Assembly (NCBI GenBank): GCA_003009755.1
Contig: PXUB01000003.1
Span: 25,667-89,666 of the forward strand
Source of the DNA: Thermoplasmatales archaeon SW_10_69_26
GTDB lineage: Archaea > Thermoplasmatota > SW-10-69-26
DNA: 64,000 bases
Reading direction: 5' to 3'
Every line of letters begins with the position of its first letter. Positions within the stretch are counted from its first letter, which is position 1. Made by a program: the position numbers and the translations under genes. Of the stretch, positions 28,014 to 37,283 are shown one piece after another. The notes under the pieces are model-generated. The model saw only the letters and a list, made by a program, of their open reading frames with translations. It did not search any database and was not told the DNA's origin.

Positions 28014-28331
28014 ATGGCCGAGGACGATGACCAGGGCAGCGGGTTCAACGGGCCTCTGCCCGACGAGCGGAAGCGGGAGATGTTCGCTCTCGCCAAGAAC
28101 CTGCTCGGCGGCTCCCGCCTCGAGGTCGTCTGCGAGGACGGCGAGACCCGCATGGGACGCATCAAGGGCAAGCACAAGCGCCGCATGTGGATCCGCGAGG
28201 GGGATCTGTTGATCGTCAAGCCCTGGGACTTCCAGGACGAGAAGTGCGACGTCGAGTACCGCTACGTCCAGAACCAGTCCGAGTACCTCTCTCGCCGGGG
28301 CATGATCCCCGACGAGCTGGACGTGTTCTAG
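28014..28331 (+). CDS. eif1a: Translation initiation factor aIF-1A
   Basis: LLGG.R..V.CEDG.TR..RI.GK.KRRMWIREGD...V.PW..QD.K.D...RY. Confidence 0.95.
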   Translation: MAEDDDQGSGFNGPLPDERKREMFALAKNLLGGSRLEVVCEDGETRMGRIKGKHKRRMWIREGDLLIVKPWDFQDEKCDVEYRYVQNQSEYLSRRGMIPDELDVF

Positions 28332-28830
28332 CTCGGTCGGTCGGCTCCCTTGGGGTCTCCCGTCGGCAGGCTGCCCCCAGCGGCTCCCGCCGACGGCGTC
28401 GCTCTGGATCGGAACGCCTCCGGCATTCCTGCTTCGAGCTCGTTGTCAGTGACCGCTGAGGCTATGCAGTGGATTCGGGCAGCCTGCCTCGGTCCGACCC
28501 TTCGGTCGCCGACCTCCCTCGCTGTGAAGCCGGGGTCATTGTCAGCGAACATGGGAGGGCGGCCATCCTGCCTTGGGTCCAATCGGCAGAGGCCGGCCCT
28601 CCGAGGAGGACGGATCCTGATCCGTCCGAACCGTGAGGGCTCCTGCCGTCAGGCGAACCCTCGCGGGAAGCCGAGCTTGCTCGGCTGACCCTTCGGTCGC
28701 CGACCTGCCTCGCTGCTGTGCAGCTGCCTGTTGCTGCTTGAAGCCTGGACGATGATAGAGGGGGAACTCCGCAGGTCGTTTCCTCGTCTGAGCGGGGGAG
28801 GTTCTACCGCCAAGAGGGGAACCGATCCCG
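28331..28830 (-). ncRNA. ~500-nt structured non-coding element, homolog of 9511-9807
   Basis: Ends pair, many hairpins, internal 29-nt direct repeat (28496-28524/28687-28715), covariation with the 9.5 kb copy. Confidence 0.65.
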
Positions 28831-28916
28831 ATCTGCCGTGGCACGACCCCACACATATATGGCGGCTGACCGATACGGGCCACGGGCGCTGGGAGGCGTC
28901 CAGGAAGCAACTCGAT

Positions 28917-29345
28917 ATGCGGAACACGATCATCCTGCTGGCAGCTGCGAGCCTGTTGACGATGGCGCCGGCGGCCGTCGCCGGTCACGGCGAAACGTTC
29001 GAAGAGGACGGCGAGATCCTCCTCGGTCAGCCCGGCACCAATGCCGGGGTCGGCGTCACCGAGCTCGGCGCCGCCTGCGATACCGAGAGCGAGCTGAACG
29101 GTGTCGACGGCCAATGGTACGCCATCGACGGCTTCGACGACCACGACTTCGAGCTGACGATGGACGACACGCTCGACGTCGACATGTACTTCTACACGAC
29201 CGAATGCGAGTTCATCGACGACGGCTTCGACGGAGCCGAGGCCTTCCTCGGCGGCACCGAGGACGGCACGGTCCCGTCCGAGGCCGCCTTCGCCGTCGTC
29301 GACGGCTTCGCCGGCACCGGCGACTTCACGCTCTCGATCAGCTGA
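28917..29345 (+). CDS. Secreted acidic hypothetical protein
   Basis: Signal peptide MRNTIILLAAASLL..APAAVA; domain resembles the C-terminal half of 55359-56219. Confidence 0.8.
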   Translation: MRNTIILLAAASLLTMAPAAVAGHGETFEEDGEILLGQPGTNAGVGVTELGAACDTESELNGVDGQWYAIDGFDDHDFELTMDDTLDVDMYFYTTECEFIDDGFDGAEAFLGGTEDGTVPSEAAFAVVDGFAGTGDFTLSIS

Positions 29346-29445
29346 CGATCGGGCCCACCGCGGGCGGCCGCTGGCCGCCCGCCGTCTTCTTCTGTACATC
29401 TGACCCTCGCCGGGGCTCCAAGAGGCACCGGTGGCTTCCCAGCCC

Positions 29446-29760
29446 ATGCGCGCGATGGTGTTCTTCTCCCTGCATCCGATCGGCCGGGACGACAGCATGT
29501 CCGACGAGATCGCCGAGGCCGTCAAGGTCCTCCGCGAACACGGCCTCGAGCACGAGGTCGGCCCGACCGGGACCACGATCTTCGGCGAGCTCGGCGACAT
29601 CATGCAAGCGATCGAGGAGTGCCACGACCGGATCAGCGAGGACGGCACCCGCGTGAACAGCGAGCTGATGATCGACGCCAAGCCCGGGCTCGACGTCGGC
29701 GAGATGCGGGGCCGCGTCGACCGGGTCATGGAGCGGTTGGAGGAGCCGGCTCCCGCCTGA
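29446..29760 (+). CDS. MTH1187/YkoF-like thiamine-binding protein
   Basis: S.HPIG...S....IAE, GL.HEVGP.GT.I.G, RV....ID. Confidence 0.85.
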   Translation: MRAMVFFSLHPIGRDDSMSDEIAEAVKVLREHGLEHEVGPTGTTIFGELGDIMQAIEECHDRISEDGTRVNSELMIDAKPGLDVGEMRGRVDRVMERLEEPAPA

Positions 29761-29798
29761 GCCCGCAGCCTCGAGACCCGCCGCCCGGTTCGCGGGTC

Positions 29799-30090
29799 GT
29801 GCGCGCGATAGCGGTCGTCTCGATCCATCCCATCGGCGAGGGGGCCAGCCTCGGCGACGAGATCCGAGACGATCGAAGTCCTCGAGGACGGCGGCCTCGA
29901 GCACGAGGTCGGCCCCAGCGGCACCACGATCCTCGGCGGCTGGGACGAGGGGATGGCCACGCTCGAGCGCTGCAACGAGGCCTTGGGCGCCCCCGAGACG
30001 CGGGTCAACACCGTGATCGAGGTCGACGCCAAGCCCGGCCTCGACCCCGGCGACATCGAGGCGAAGGTCGACCGCGGGACCGGTCCCTAA
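29799..30090 (+). pseudogene. Frameshifted tandem paralog of the thiamine-binding protein
   Basis: VRAIAVVSIHPIGEGASLGDEI, frameshift near 29864, then IEVLEDGGLEHEVGPSGTTI...DAKPGLD. Confidence 0.8.
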
Positions 30091-30800
30091 ACATGAATCG
30101 CTACGGGCCGGCCCGTCTGCGGGTCCTCGTCGGGAACCTCGGGCAACCGGCCGGCCTCGCCCTCGGCCACGCGGTGGGCCGACCAGGCGGCGATCGAGGC
30201 GTCGAGCACGTCGCGCGGGCTCATCCGGCCGACGCCACCGAGCGAGCGCGTGGGCCGCAGCCCGGCTTCCGCCAACAGCGTCAGCCGTTCGTAGGTGGCT
30301 CGCGCGCCGCGCCCGTAGGTCTCCAGCGGCCCGCCCTCGCCGCGTGCGTCGTTGAGCGCCAGGTAGGAGACCTCGGGGTGCATCTCGACGATCCGATGAT
30401 CGTCGCCGGCGGCCTCGTTCACCGCCAACAGCCGCTGGCGGCCGGCGAACATCGGCTCCGCGGGCTGCGGGCAGCCCTGCTCCTCGGCGATCCGGCAAGC
30501 CTGCTCGTAGCTGTCGACCTCGAACACGGCCAACGGCGGCGTCCAGAACACGCGCTCGCCGGCCTCGCCCAGCGCCTCGCGAGCGGCCACGTCGGCCCGG
30601 CGGCGGCCATCGCGCTGGTTGCCCTCGGGGTCGTCGTGCCCGATCGGGACGTCGACGGCGATCGTGTCCGCGCCCTCGGCGGCGTCGAGCAGCTCGTCGA
30701 GCTGGTCGAAGCGGCGGATCGCCGCCAGCGAGCCGTCCTGCAGCTCGACGGCGACCCAGGCGTCCGGCTGGCGGGCGTCGACGCCCAAGACCCTCGTCAC
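30087..30800 (-). CDS. DUF429 predicted RNase H-fold nuclease (copy 1)
   Basis: GVD, AVDVPIG, R.AD..AR, EMHPE.S, DVLDA. Confidence 0.85.
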   Translation of the reverse strand: MTRVLGVDARQPDAWVAVELQDGSLAAIRRFDQLDELLDAAEGADTIAVDVPIGHDDPEGNQRDGRRRADVAAREALGEAGERVFWTPPLAVFEVDSYEQACRIAEEQGCPQPAEPMFAGRQRLLAVNEAAGDDHRIVEMHPEVSYLALNDARGEGGPLETYGRGARATYERLTLLAEAGLRPTRSLGGVGRMSPRDVLDASIAAWSAHRVAEGEAGRLPEVPDEDPQTGRPVAIHV

Positions 30801-30840
30801 GCGCCCGGCAGAACGCCGGGCCCGTTTGTACGTGACGGCC

Positions 30841-31206
30841 TCAGCAGGTGGAGTGGATCAAGGCGCCGACGTCGGCGTCCTCGGCGAGCTCGTTGTACCG
30901 CTCGACCGCCGCGTTCGACTCGAGCACCTCGGTCTCGATGCCCTGTTCCTCGAGCCAGGCCAGCGTCTGGTCCTGCACCTGCAGGCGCTCGTTCTGGCCG
31001 CGGGAGAGGATGATGCGCTGGGCCCCCTCGTCGACGAGCTCCTCGACGTCCCCGATCTGGATGCCGGGGACGTGGCTGGTGCCGGTCTCGTTCCAGTTCC
31101 AGCCGCGAGCGCCGCCGGGCCACAGTTTCGCGTCGCGGAACGAGCCGTGGCCCTCGACGTCGACCTGGCCCCACGACAGGTCCTCGATCGTTGGTGGCTT
31201 CTCCAT
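30841..31206 (-). CDS. Mth938-like (DUF498/AAMDC) protein
   Basis: SWG....G...D.KLWPGG...W.W.ETGT.H.PG, YN.L...GALIHSTC. Confidence 0.9.
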   Translation of the reverse strand: MEKPPTIEDLSWGQVDVEGHGSFRDAKLWPGGARGWNWNETGTSHVPGIQIGDVEELVDEGAQRIILSRGQNERLQVQDQTLAWLEEQGIETEVLESNAAVERYNELAEDADVGALIHSTC

Positions 31207-31254
31207 CGTCGACCCTCGTGCTGGCAAGCGGGTCCCGGCTACATGGGTGCTGGG

Positions 31255-31950
31255 TCAGGCGTGCACGGCGACCAGGCGACCCGTGCGCGGGTCCGAGGGC
31301 GGGTCCCCGGGCAGACGGCGGGCCTGGCCGCGGCTCACGCGGTGGGCGGTCCAGGCGGCCGCGCAGGCGTCCAGCGCCGGGCGCGGGTCGTGGTCGGCCG
31401 GTTCCACCTCCTCCGGGTGCAGGCCCTCCCCGTGCAGCCGCTCCAGCCGCTCGTCGAGGGCGGCCCACGAGCTGCCGTAGTGCTCGGGCGGGCGCCGACC
31501 CGCGCCCATGTGGGCGAAGCTGACCTCCGGATGCACCTCGACCAGGCGCTGGTCGCGACCGGCGCGGTCGGCCAGCGCCGCCAGCCGGTCGGCGGCGAAC
31601 CACAGCGCGGCCTCGAGCTTGGGCCAGCCGCGCTCCCGGCACATCGCCAACGCCTCGTGGTACGTGTCGGTCGCGAACACGGCCGGCGGTGGCAACACGA
31701 AGAACCGCTCGCCGGCCTCGCCCAGCACCTCGCGCGCGGCCACGTCGCAGGCCCGCCACCCGTCGCTCTCGCCTCGGGGGTCCTCGTGGCCGAGGGGCAC
31801 GTCGACGGCGATCGTGGCCACCTCATCATCGGCCGCCAGGGCCGCGTCGAGATCCCCGGCCGCGTGCAGGTCGACGAGCTCGCCGTCCTCGATCTCGGCG
31901 ACCCAGAACGGGGCTCGTCCGCGAGCGTCGACGCCTTGGACCCGCACCAC
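31255..31950 (-). CDS. DUF429 predicted nuclease (copy 2)
   Basis: GVD, AVDVPLG, RACD, EVHPEVSF, LDA. Confidence 0.85.
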   Translation of the reverse strand: MVRVQGVDARGRAPFWVAEIEDGELVDLHAAGDLDAALAADDEVATIAVDVPLGHEDPRGESDGWRACDVAAREVLGEAGERFFVLPPPAVFATDTYHEALAMCRERGWPKLEAALWFAADRLAALADRAGRDQRLVEVHPEVSFAHMGAGRRPPEHYGSSWAALDERLERLHGEGLHPEEVEPADHDPRPALDACAAAWTAHRVSRGQARRLPGDPPSDPRTGRLVAVHA

Positions 31951-31984
31951 ACGCTCGCGAACCCGGGTCCGGGTTGAAGACTGT

Positions 31985-32701
31985 TCACACGTGGATCGCG
32001 ACCGCTCGCCCCGTGCGGGGATCCGTGGGCGGATCGGTGGGCACCGTCCGCGCCGCCTCGCGTCTCACCCGTCGGGCGACCCAAGCGCAGGCGGCCGCGT
32101 CGACGACGTCGTGGGCGCGGGCCCGCCCGGCCTCGCCGGCCTCGCGGGGCAGCTCGATGCCCGCCGCCGACAGAAGCGACAGCCGTGCCCACCGTCCCCG
32201 CCAGGACCGCTTGGATCCGATCGCGAGGTCGGGGTCGTGGGTTCCAGCCATCGCCTGGAAGGCCAGTTCGGGGTGAGCCTCCACGAGGCGCGGGTCGCCG
32301 GTGGCCACCTCGCGGACCTCGCGGATGCGGTCGGCCAGCGCCCAGGCTTGGCGGGAGGGGGCGATCGTGTCGCGCTGGCGGGCCCGATCGACGGCCGCCT
32401 CGTAGGTCTCGGCCGCCATCACGTCCGGGGGCGGGACGGGGAAGACCGAGGCGGCCCTGTCCCCCAACAGGTCGCGAGCGCGCTCGTCGGCCCGCCGGCG
32501 GCCGTCGGCGTCGCCGTGGGGGTCCTCGTGCCCGATCGGGACGTCGACGGCCACGGCCTCGGCGGCCGGGTTGGCGTCGAGGGCTTCGGTCAGCTCCTCG
32601 ACGAAGGACAACGCGGGTGAGGCGTCCTCCGCCAGGCGGCACACGAGCCAGCCTTGGACCGAACCCATGCGAGCACCGTCGACACCGAGCACGCACGACA
32701 T
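31985..32701 (-). CDS. DUF429 predicted nuclease (copy 3)
   Basis: GVDG, AVDVPIG, SVFP.P, EAHPELAF, DVVDA. Confidence 0.88.
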   Translation of the reverse strand: MSCVLGVDGARMGSVQGWLVCRLAEDASPALSFVEELTEALDANPAAEAVAVDVPIGHEDPHGDADGRRRADERARDLLGDRAASVFPVPPPDVMAAETYEAAVDRARQRDTIAPSRQAWALADRIREVREVATGDPRLVEAHPELAFQAMAGTHDPDLAIGSKRSWRGRWARLSLLSAAGIELPREAGEAGRARAHDVVDAAACAWVARRVRREAARTVPTDPPTDPRTGRAVAIHV

Positions 32702-32712
32702 CGGATCGGTCC

Positions 32713-33279
32713 TCAGGCGCGCCCGGTGCGGCGCTCCCACTCCTCGCGCAGCAGGCCGAAGAAGATCTTGTCCATCCAGTCGCCTTGGCGGCGGGTGTGC
32801 CAACGCAACCGGCCTTCCTCGTGGAACCCGTAGCGTTTGAACAGGTCGATGCTGGCCTTGTTACCCTCGAGCACGACGCCGTAAAGCTTGGTCAGGTCCA
32901 GGCGGTCGAAGGCGATCTCGAGCAACAGGTCGAAGGCCTCGAAGGCCACGCCCTCGCCCCACATCTCGCGGCCGAGCCAGATCCCGATCTCGGCGTTGTG
33001 GGATTCCAGGTCGACGTCGGAGAGGGCAGCCATGCCGACGAGGCGATCGGCCTCGATCGTGGCGATCGCCAGGTGGAAGGACTTGCCCACGCGGGCCTCC
33101 TCCTCGGCGAGCGCGATGAAGCGGGCCCCGTGCTCGCGCGAGTAGGGGTGTGGGAGGTCGGTCCAGCGGGCGATCGCTTCGTCGTCGGCGGCGTCGACCA
33201 GGTCCTCCAGGTCCCCGTCCTGGACGGGGCGTAGGCGGACCCGCTCGCCTTCGCGCCGCAGAGCCTTGGCCTGGACCAC
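32713..33279 (-). CDS. GNAT acetyltransferase (RimJ/RimL family)
   Basis: AEIGIWLG...WG.G, N.ASI.L....GF..EG.LR. Confidence 0.9.
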   Translation of the reverse strand: MVQAKALRREGERVRLRPVQDGDLEDLVDAADDEAIARWTDLPHPYSREHGARFIALAEEEARVGKSFHLAIATIEADRLVGMAALSDVDLESHNAEIGIWLGREMWGEGVAFEAFDLLLEIAFDRLDLTKLYGVVLEGNKASIDLFKRYGFHEEGRLRWHTRRQGDWMDKIFFGLLREEWERRTGRA

Positions 33280-33499
33280 ATCGATGCTGGAGGTCTCCTC
33301 CGCCTAAAGGCACGGGGCTTTTCCCACCGCGGGAGCCCCGTTCTCGGGTTCCGCCGGTCAACGGCGGGCCGCCCGATCTCGTCCGCGATGGTGAACTGTG
33401 AGCAGTCACCCAGCTGGGACAGGCAGCCGCGCTGGACGGGGACCGTCGGTGGTCAGCTGGCGGTAGAGGACGGTCGGTCGGCCGTGTCGGCGCCCGTGA

Positions 33500-33666
33500 G
33501 GCCGCCCGCATAGAGGTTCCCGCTTCACCGTGTCGGGCGCGTTGCCCGCGTTGTGGTGCCACCCGTCCGGATCCTCGTCGGTGCCGTCGACGGCGAACCC
33601 GAGGCGTCCCTCCTCGGCCGCGGTCACGGCGGTGAAGAGGACTGAGGTGAGATCCTCGGGCTCCAA
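33500..33666 (-). pseudogene. Fragment resembling the C-terminal blade of the BNR-repeat lipoproteins
   Basis: PEDLTSVLFTAVTAAEEGRLGFA..GT resembles PPGTSLTQFPTIAATGDGSVALSY.AT of 58213-59760. Weak, judged by eye. Confidence 0.4.
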
Positions 33667-33775
33667 GCCGATCGCGGAGAAGAGGAAGGAGAACCCCCTG
33701 GCGGGGGGCCAGGGGGAGAGGGGGCGGACCCCAGCACGTCAGCGGATAGACGCAGACCGCCGGCGGGTGGCCGGT

Positions 33776-34117
33776 CTAGACGGAGGCGCCGTCCTCGATC
33801 GGGAACAGGGGACAGTCGGGTCCGCACTGGAAGGGTCCGTTGTTCAGCTCGAACTCGCAGTCGCCCTCGTGCTCGAGCAGGGTGTTCGTGTCGGCCAGGT
33901 CCTGGCAGGCCTGCTCGTCGTGGACGATCACGGAGGGGCAGCCGTCCGAGCCGTCGACGGTGACGTAGCGGCCCTCCTCGTGGAAGAGGTAGACCTGCGT
34001 GCAGTTGTCGGGCTGCTTGCCGGGGATCTCGGTCTCCGCGCCGGCGAGGGGGGCGGTCAGCGCGGAAGCCAGCAGGCCAAGCGTCGCGATCGCGAGGATG
34101 GTGGTTCGTAGGTTCAC
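33776..34117 (-). CDS. Small secreted Cys-rich protein (6 Cys)
   Basis: Leader MNLRTTILAIATLGLLASALTAPLAGA (GTG start). Confidence 0.8.
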   Translation of the reverse strand: MNLRTTILAIATLGLLASALTAPLAGAETEIPGKQPDNCTQVYLFHEEGRYVTVDGSDGCPSVIVHDEQACQDLADTNTLLEHEGDCEFELNNGPFQCGPDCPLFPIEDGASV

Positions 34118-34300
34118 GGGAACACCGCCCACGCCAAATCCAGGCCAAGGCAAATCTCTTGCGGTGCCGACGCAGCGAGGATCGCTCTCCCGCGGAACGT
34201 TCCCACGATGGGTCGAAGCCTCGGACGCGGGATCGAGGCTAGCCGTCAGGGGTGAAGAGGGAGAGGGAGCGGACCGGTCGCGTCCGGCCCGCCGGGCCGA

Positions 34301-34603
34301 TCACTTCTCGATCGGGGTCGAGGAGGCCTCGGAGTCGATCACCGGGCAGGTACAAACGGGGTTGCAGGGGATGGTGGTGACGAGCTGGCAGGGGTCCGTC
34401 TCGATCGCGCAGGCGATGAACATCGGCGTCGCGTCTGTGCACGTCTCGTTGACCTCGTCCTCGATCGCCTCGCGGCAGTCGTCGGTGTCGTCGTGGACGT
34501 TCTGGGGCTCGCAGGTCGCCTCGCTGGCGCTCGCGGTGGCGGTGAACGCGGTCGCGAAGAGGCCGAGCGCGGCGACGGCCAGCAGCGTGGTTCGAAGCTT
34601 CAC
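34301..34603 (-). CDS. Small secreted Cys-rich protein (8 Cys)
   Basis: Leader MKLRTTLLAVAALGLFATAFTATASA (GTG start); C-terminal CNPVCTCP. Confidence 0.8.
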   Translation of the reverse strand: MKLRTTLLAVAALGLFATAFTATASASEATCEPQNVHDDTDDCREAIEDEVNETCTDATPMFIACAIETDPCQLVTTIPCNPVCTCPVIDSEASSTPIEK

Positions 34604-34667
34604 GTCGATCACTCGGCGGGCCAGGCCGGCTGGGCCCGATAGTCGTTGCGGATCCCGCTCGGTGCGC

Positions 34668-35156
34668 TCACGTCGATGCCCTCGTGGGCGAGGCCGCCTC
34701 GCCCGCGCGATGCTCCTCGAAGACGGCGACCGCGTCCGAGAAGACCTCGGTGAACATCTGCTTCCAGTTCGGGATCATGACGCGCTGGGCGAGCTTGCCT
34801 GGGAGGTGATCGTAGCTGATCGTCGAGCGGATCTCCAGGTGGGCGCCCGTCTCCGTGGCGGTCACCTCGTAGCGGTCGACGATCTCGAACCCGGGCCCGG
34901 GGACGACGAACCGCCACCGTCCGGGCCCCTCGTCGTGGAGGGTCTCCTCGAGCGTGAACGTGAGCCCCATCGGTCCCCGCCACTCGGTCTCGTAGACCGC
35001 GCCGTCCTCGGTCGTGGCGAGCCGCTCGATCCGATGCGGCTGCTCGCGGGGGTCCTCGGCCTCGTACACCTCCGGAAGGTCGGTCCACCACTGCTCCAGG
35101 CGCTCGGGCGAGGCGGCGACGTCGAAGCCGAGGACGAGCTCTTCGGGTTCCACCAT
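34668..35156 (-). CDS. SRPBCC/START-like hypothetical protein
   Basis: ASPE.L..WWTD; size and pattern like 23750-24205. Confidence 0.65.
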   Translation of the reverse strand: MVEPEELVLGFDVAASPERLEQWWTDLPEVYEAEDPREQPHRIERLATTEDGAVYETEWRGPMGLTFTLEETLHDEGPGRWRFVVPGPGFEIVDRYEVTATETGAHLEIRSTISYDHLPGKLAQRVMIPNWKQMFTEVFSDAVAVFEEHRAGEAASPTRAST

Positions 35157-35287
35157 CGCCACACCGACGGGACGGTGCGGGGGATGATAGAGCTTGGCCC
35201 GGACGTTGACGGCCAGCTCCGCTCGCTTGGCGGAGGGTGAACGGAAAACAGAGCGCGGGGGCGGCCCCCGCTCGGTGGGACGACGGC

Positions 35288-35557
35288 TTACAGGAACCGG
35301 GGGTGCGGGTCGCAGGTGCAGGTGCAGAACAGGCGAAACTCCTCGCAGGGGTGGAACTCCGGCGAGCAGTCCACGCTGTATTTGAGGACGGTCTCCTCGC
35401 AGACGAGGGCCCGAACGTCGTCCTCGTCGGGCAGGTCTTCCTCGTCGGGCAGGTTGTCCTCGTCGGGGAGGTCGTGGTTGGCGCTGGCGGAGGGGGCAAA
35501 CGCGGTCGCAAACAGGCCTACGGCGGCGAAGGCGAGAACGATCGTTCGGGGGTTCAT
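35288..35557 (-). CDS. Small secreted Cys-rich protein (6 Cys) with three LPDE[DE] repeats
   Basis: Leader MNPRTIVLAFAAVGLFATAFAPSASA; C-terminal CTCTC. Confidence 0.8.
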   Translation of the reverse strand: MNPRTIVLAFAAVGLFATAFAPSASANHDLPDEDNLPDEEDLPDEDDVRALVCEETVLKYSVDCSPEFHPCEEFRLFCTCTCDPHPRFL

Positions 35558-35644
35558 CCAAACACCGACGGATCAACGCCGGTCGAGGCGAAAAGGCTTG
35601 CGAAGCCCGCCGCGGCCTCGGCCCGCTGGGGTGACGTGCCGGTC

Positions 35645-35908
35645 TCACTGCTCGAGGACCTGCTCGAGCAGCTCGCGCTGGGTCTCGATCTGCTCCTGCA
35701 TCTGCTCCATCTGCTGGAGCGCCTGCGTGAGCCGCTGTTGGCTCTCGACCGCCTCCTCGAGCTCGGGTCCCGTGTCCTTCAGGAACTCGCGGATCGCCCG
35801 ACGCACGACGGCGGTCCGGCTGGGGTACTCGCCGGCCTCGACCAGCGCGTCCATGAACTCCACGTCCCGGACCGGGATCCGGGTCGTGATCCGCTGGGTG
35901 TCGGGCAT
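35645..35908 (-). CDS. Ribbon-helix-helix (CopG-type) regulator with coiled-coil tail
   Basis: RITTRIP...V...DALVEAGEYPSR..VVR.AIREF, then a Q/E-rich heptad tail. Confidence 0.85.
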   Translation of the reverse strand: MPDTQRITTRIPVRDVEFMDALVEAGEYPSRTAVVRRAIREFLKDTGPELEEAVESQQRLTQALQQMEQMQEQIETQRELLEQVLEQ

Positions 35909-36293
35909 GGGAGCCGGACCCATGCTTTGGTCGGCTGGCCCCAAATACGTTCGGGTGCTAGGCGAGGTCCCCGCCGCGCCGGGCCCCGAGCGTCCATCGA
36001 CGGTAGGCATCGCCGGAGGCCACGATCGGGTGTAGACCTTCGACGGGATCGGGCGTCCCCGGCGCCTGCCGGTCGACGAACGCCACCCCTGCCACCAGCC
36101 CCAGACCGACGGCCAGGCCAGCGACCGGCTCCCACCCCGCGAGCTCGGGTCGCTCCCGTCACCGGAAAGCGTCGTTGTAGAAGGCCCACTGGGCCGCGAG
36201 ACCGCCCCTCGGTCCCGAGCTTGGGGGTGGTTGATCAGGGAGGAAAGAGGGAAGGAGGGGCCAGCTGGCCCCGGGTCGGTCGACGGTGGGGGC

Positions 36294-36662
36294 TCAGTCC
36301 TGGCCGGGCTTGGGCGGGCAGTGGCTTTGCGGGCAGGGCTCGAAGGGACCGTGGTCCTCGCAGAACGTGAGCGCGACCCCGAACTCCCCGGTGTCGCAGG
36401 CGTTCTGCGGATCGTCGAGGACGCCGTTCACGTACTCGCAGTACGTGGATGGGACGTGGATCCCGTCGGGGTCGAGCTCGCAGGGCACGTCGGCCGGGGG
36501 ATCCTGGGTCTGGTCGTCGACGTTGCACTGGATGCCGTTGGGTTCACCGTGCGGGTACACGGCGCAATCGACCGGGCCCGGCTGGGCGGCCACGGCGGGA
36601 GCGAGCCCAGTGGCGAACAGACCGGTAGCCGCGATCGCGAGAAGCGTGGTCTCGAGATCCAT
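36294..36662 (-). CDS. Small secreted Cys-rich protein (8 Cys)
   Basis: Leader MDLETTLLAIAATGLFATGLAPAVAA. Confidence 0.8.
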   Translation of the reverse strand: MDLETTLLAIAATGLFATGLAPAVAAQPGPVDCAVYPHGEPNGIQCNVDDQTQDPPADVPCELDPDGIHVPSTYCEYVNGVLDDPQNACDTGEFGVALTFCEDHGPFEPCPQSHCPPKPGQD

Positions 36663-36896
36663 GAGATACCATCGCGAGCAGTCCCGCTGACCGGCAAAAG
36701 CGTTACGCATCACCGGCACCACGGTGCCGAGCGGGGCGTCTCGTGGACCGTCCACGGCCCCTTCGATGCCGTTGGGTTCACCGTCGGCAGCCATCCCAGT
36801 CGACAGGGCCATGCTGGTCGGCCTCGGCGGGAGCGAGCCCGGTGACGCGGCATCGAGCCCGAGGATTGACAACATATCGCCGTCTCATGTTAAGAC

Positions 36897-37283
36897 GTGC
36901 GCGTCATCAGCGTCTCCCTGCCCGAGGACACCGTGGACGAGCTCGACCGGCGAGCCGACCAAGACGGATACAGCGGCCGCAGCGAGCTCGTGCGCGCGGC
37001 ACTGGGGCCCTTCCTCGATCAGGCTCGAGGCGAGGAGGCACGCGAGGGACCGGCCACGGCCACGCTGGTCCTCGCCTACGACGAGGAGATCAGCGATCTC
37101 GTGAATCGGCGCCGCCACGATCACGCCGAACCGATCACGACCATGGTCCACGGGCACACCGATGATCATCGGTGCCTGGAGGTCCTCGTCCTCGAGGGGG
37201 GAAGCGACGAGATCCGGTCGTTGGCGAACGACCTGCGGGGCCGCCCGGGGATGAACCAGGTCGAGCTGACGTGGCTCGACTGA
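36897..37283 (+). CDS. nikR: NikR-like metal-responsive RHH regulator
   Basis: ISVSLP...GYSGRSE.VR; HDH...I....H.H.....CLEV. Confidence 0.85.
   Translation: MRVISVSLPEDTVDELDRRADQDGYSGRSELVRAALGPFLDQARGEEAREGPATATLVLAYDEEISDLVNRRRHDHAEPITTMVHGHTDDHRCLEVLVLEGGSDEIRSLANDLRGRPGMNQVELTWLD

Noticed and set aside
28331-28830. RNase P RNA
   Set aside because: Only a partial GAGGAAAC on the minus strand, without the following UCC or a matching 3' P4 strand; a homologous second copy exists at 9.5 kb.
36765-36784. 20-bp repeat GATGCCGTTGGGTTCACCGT also at 36531-36550
   Set aside because: Most simply a scrap of a local duplication of the adjacent peptide gene; no evidence for a template/variable-repeat system and no reverse transcriptase in the window.
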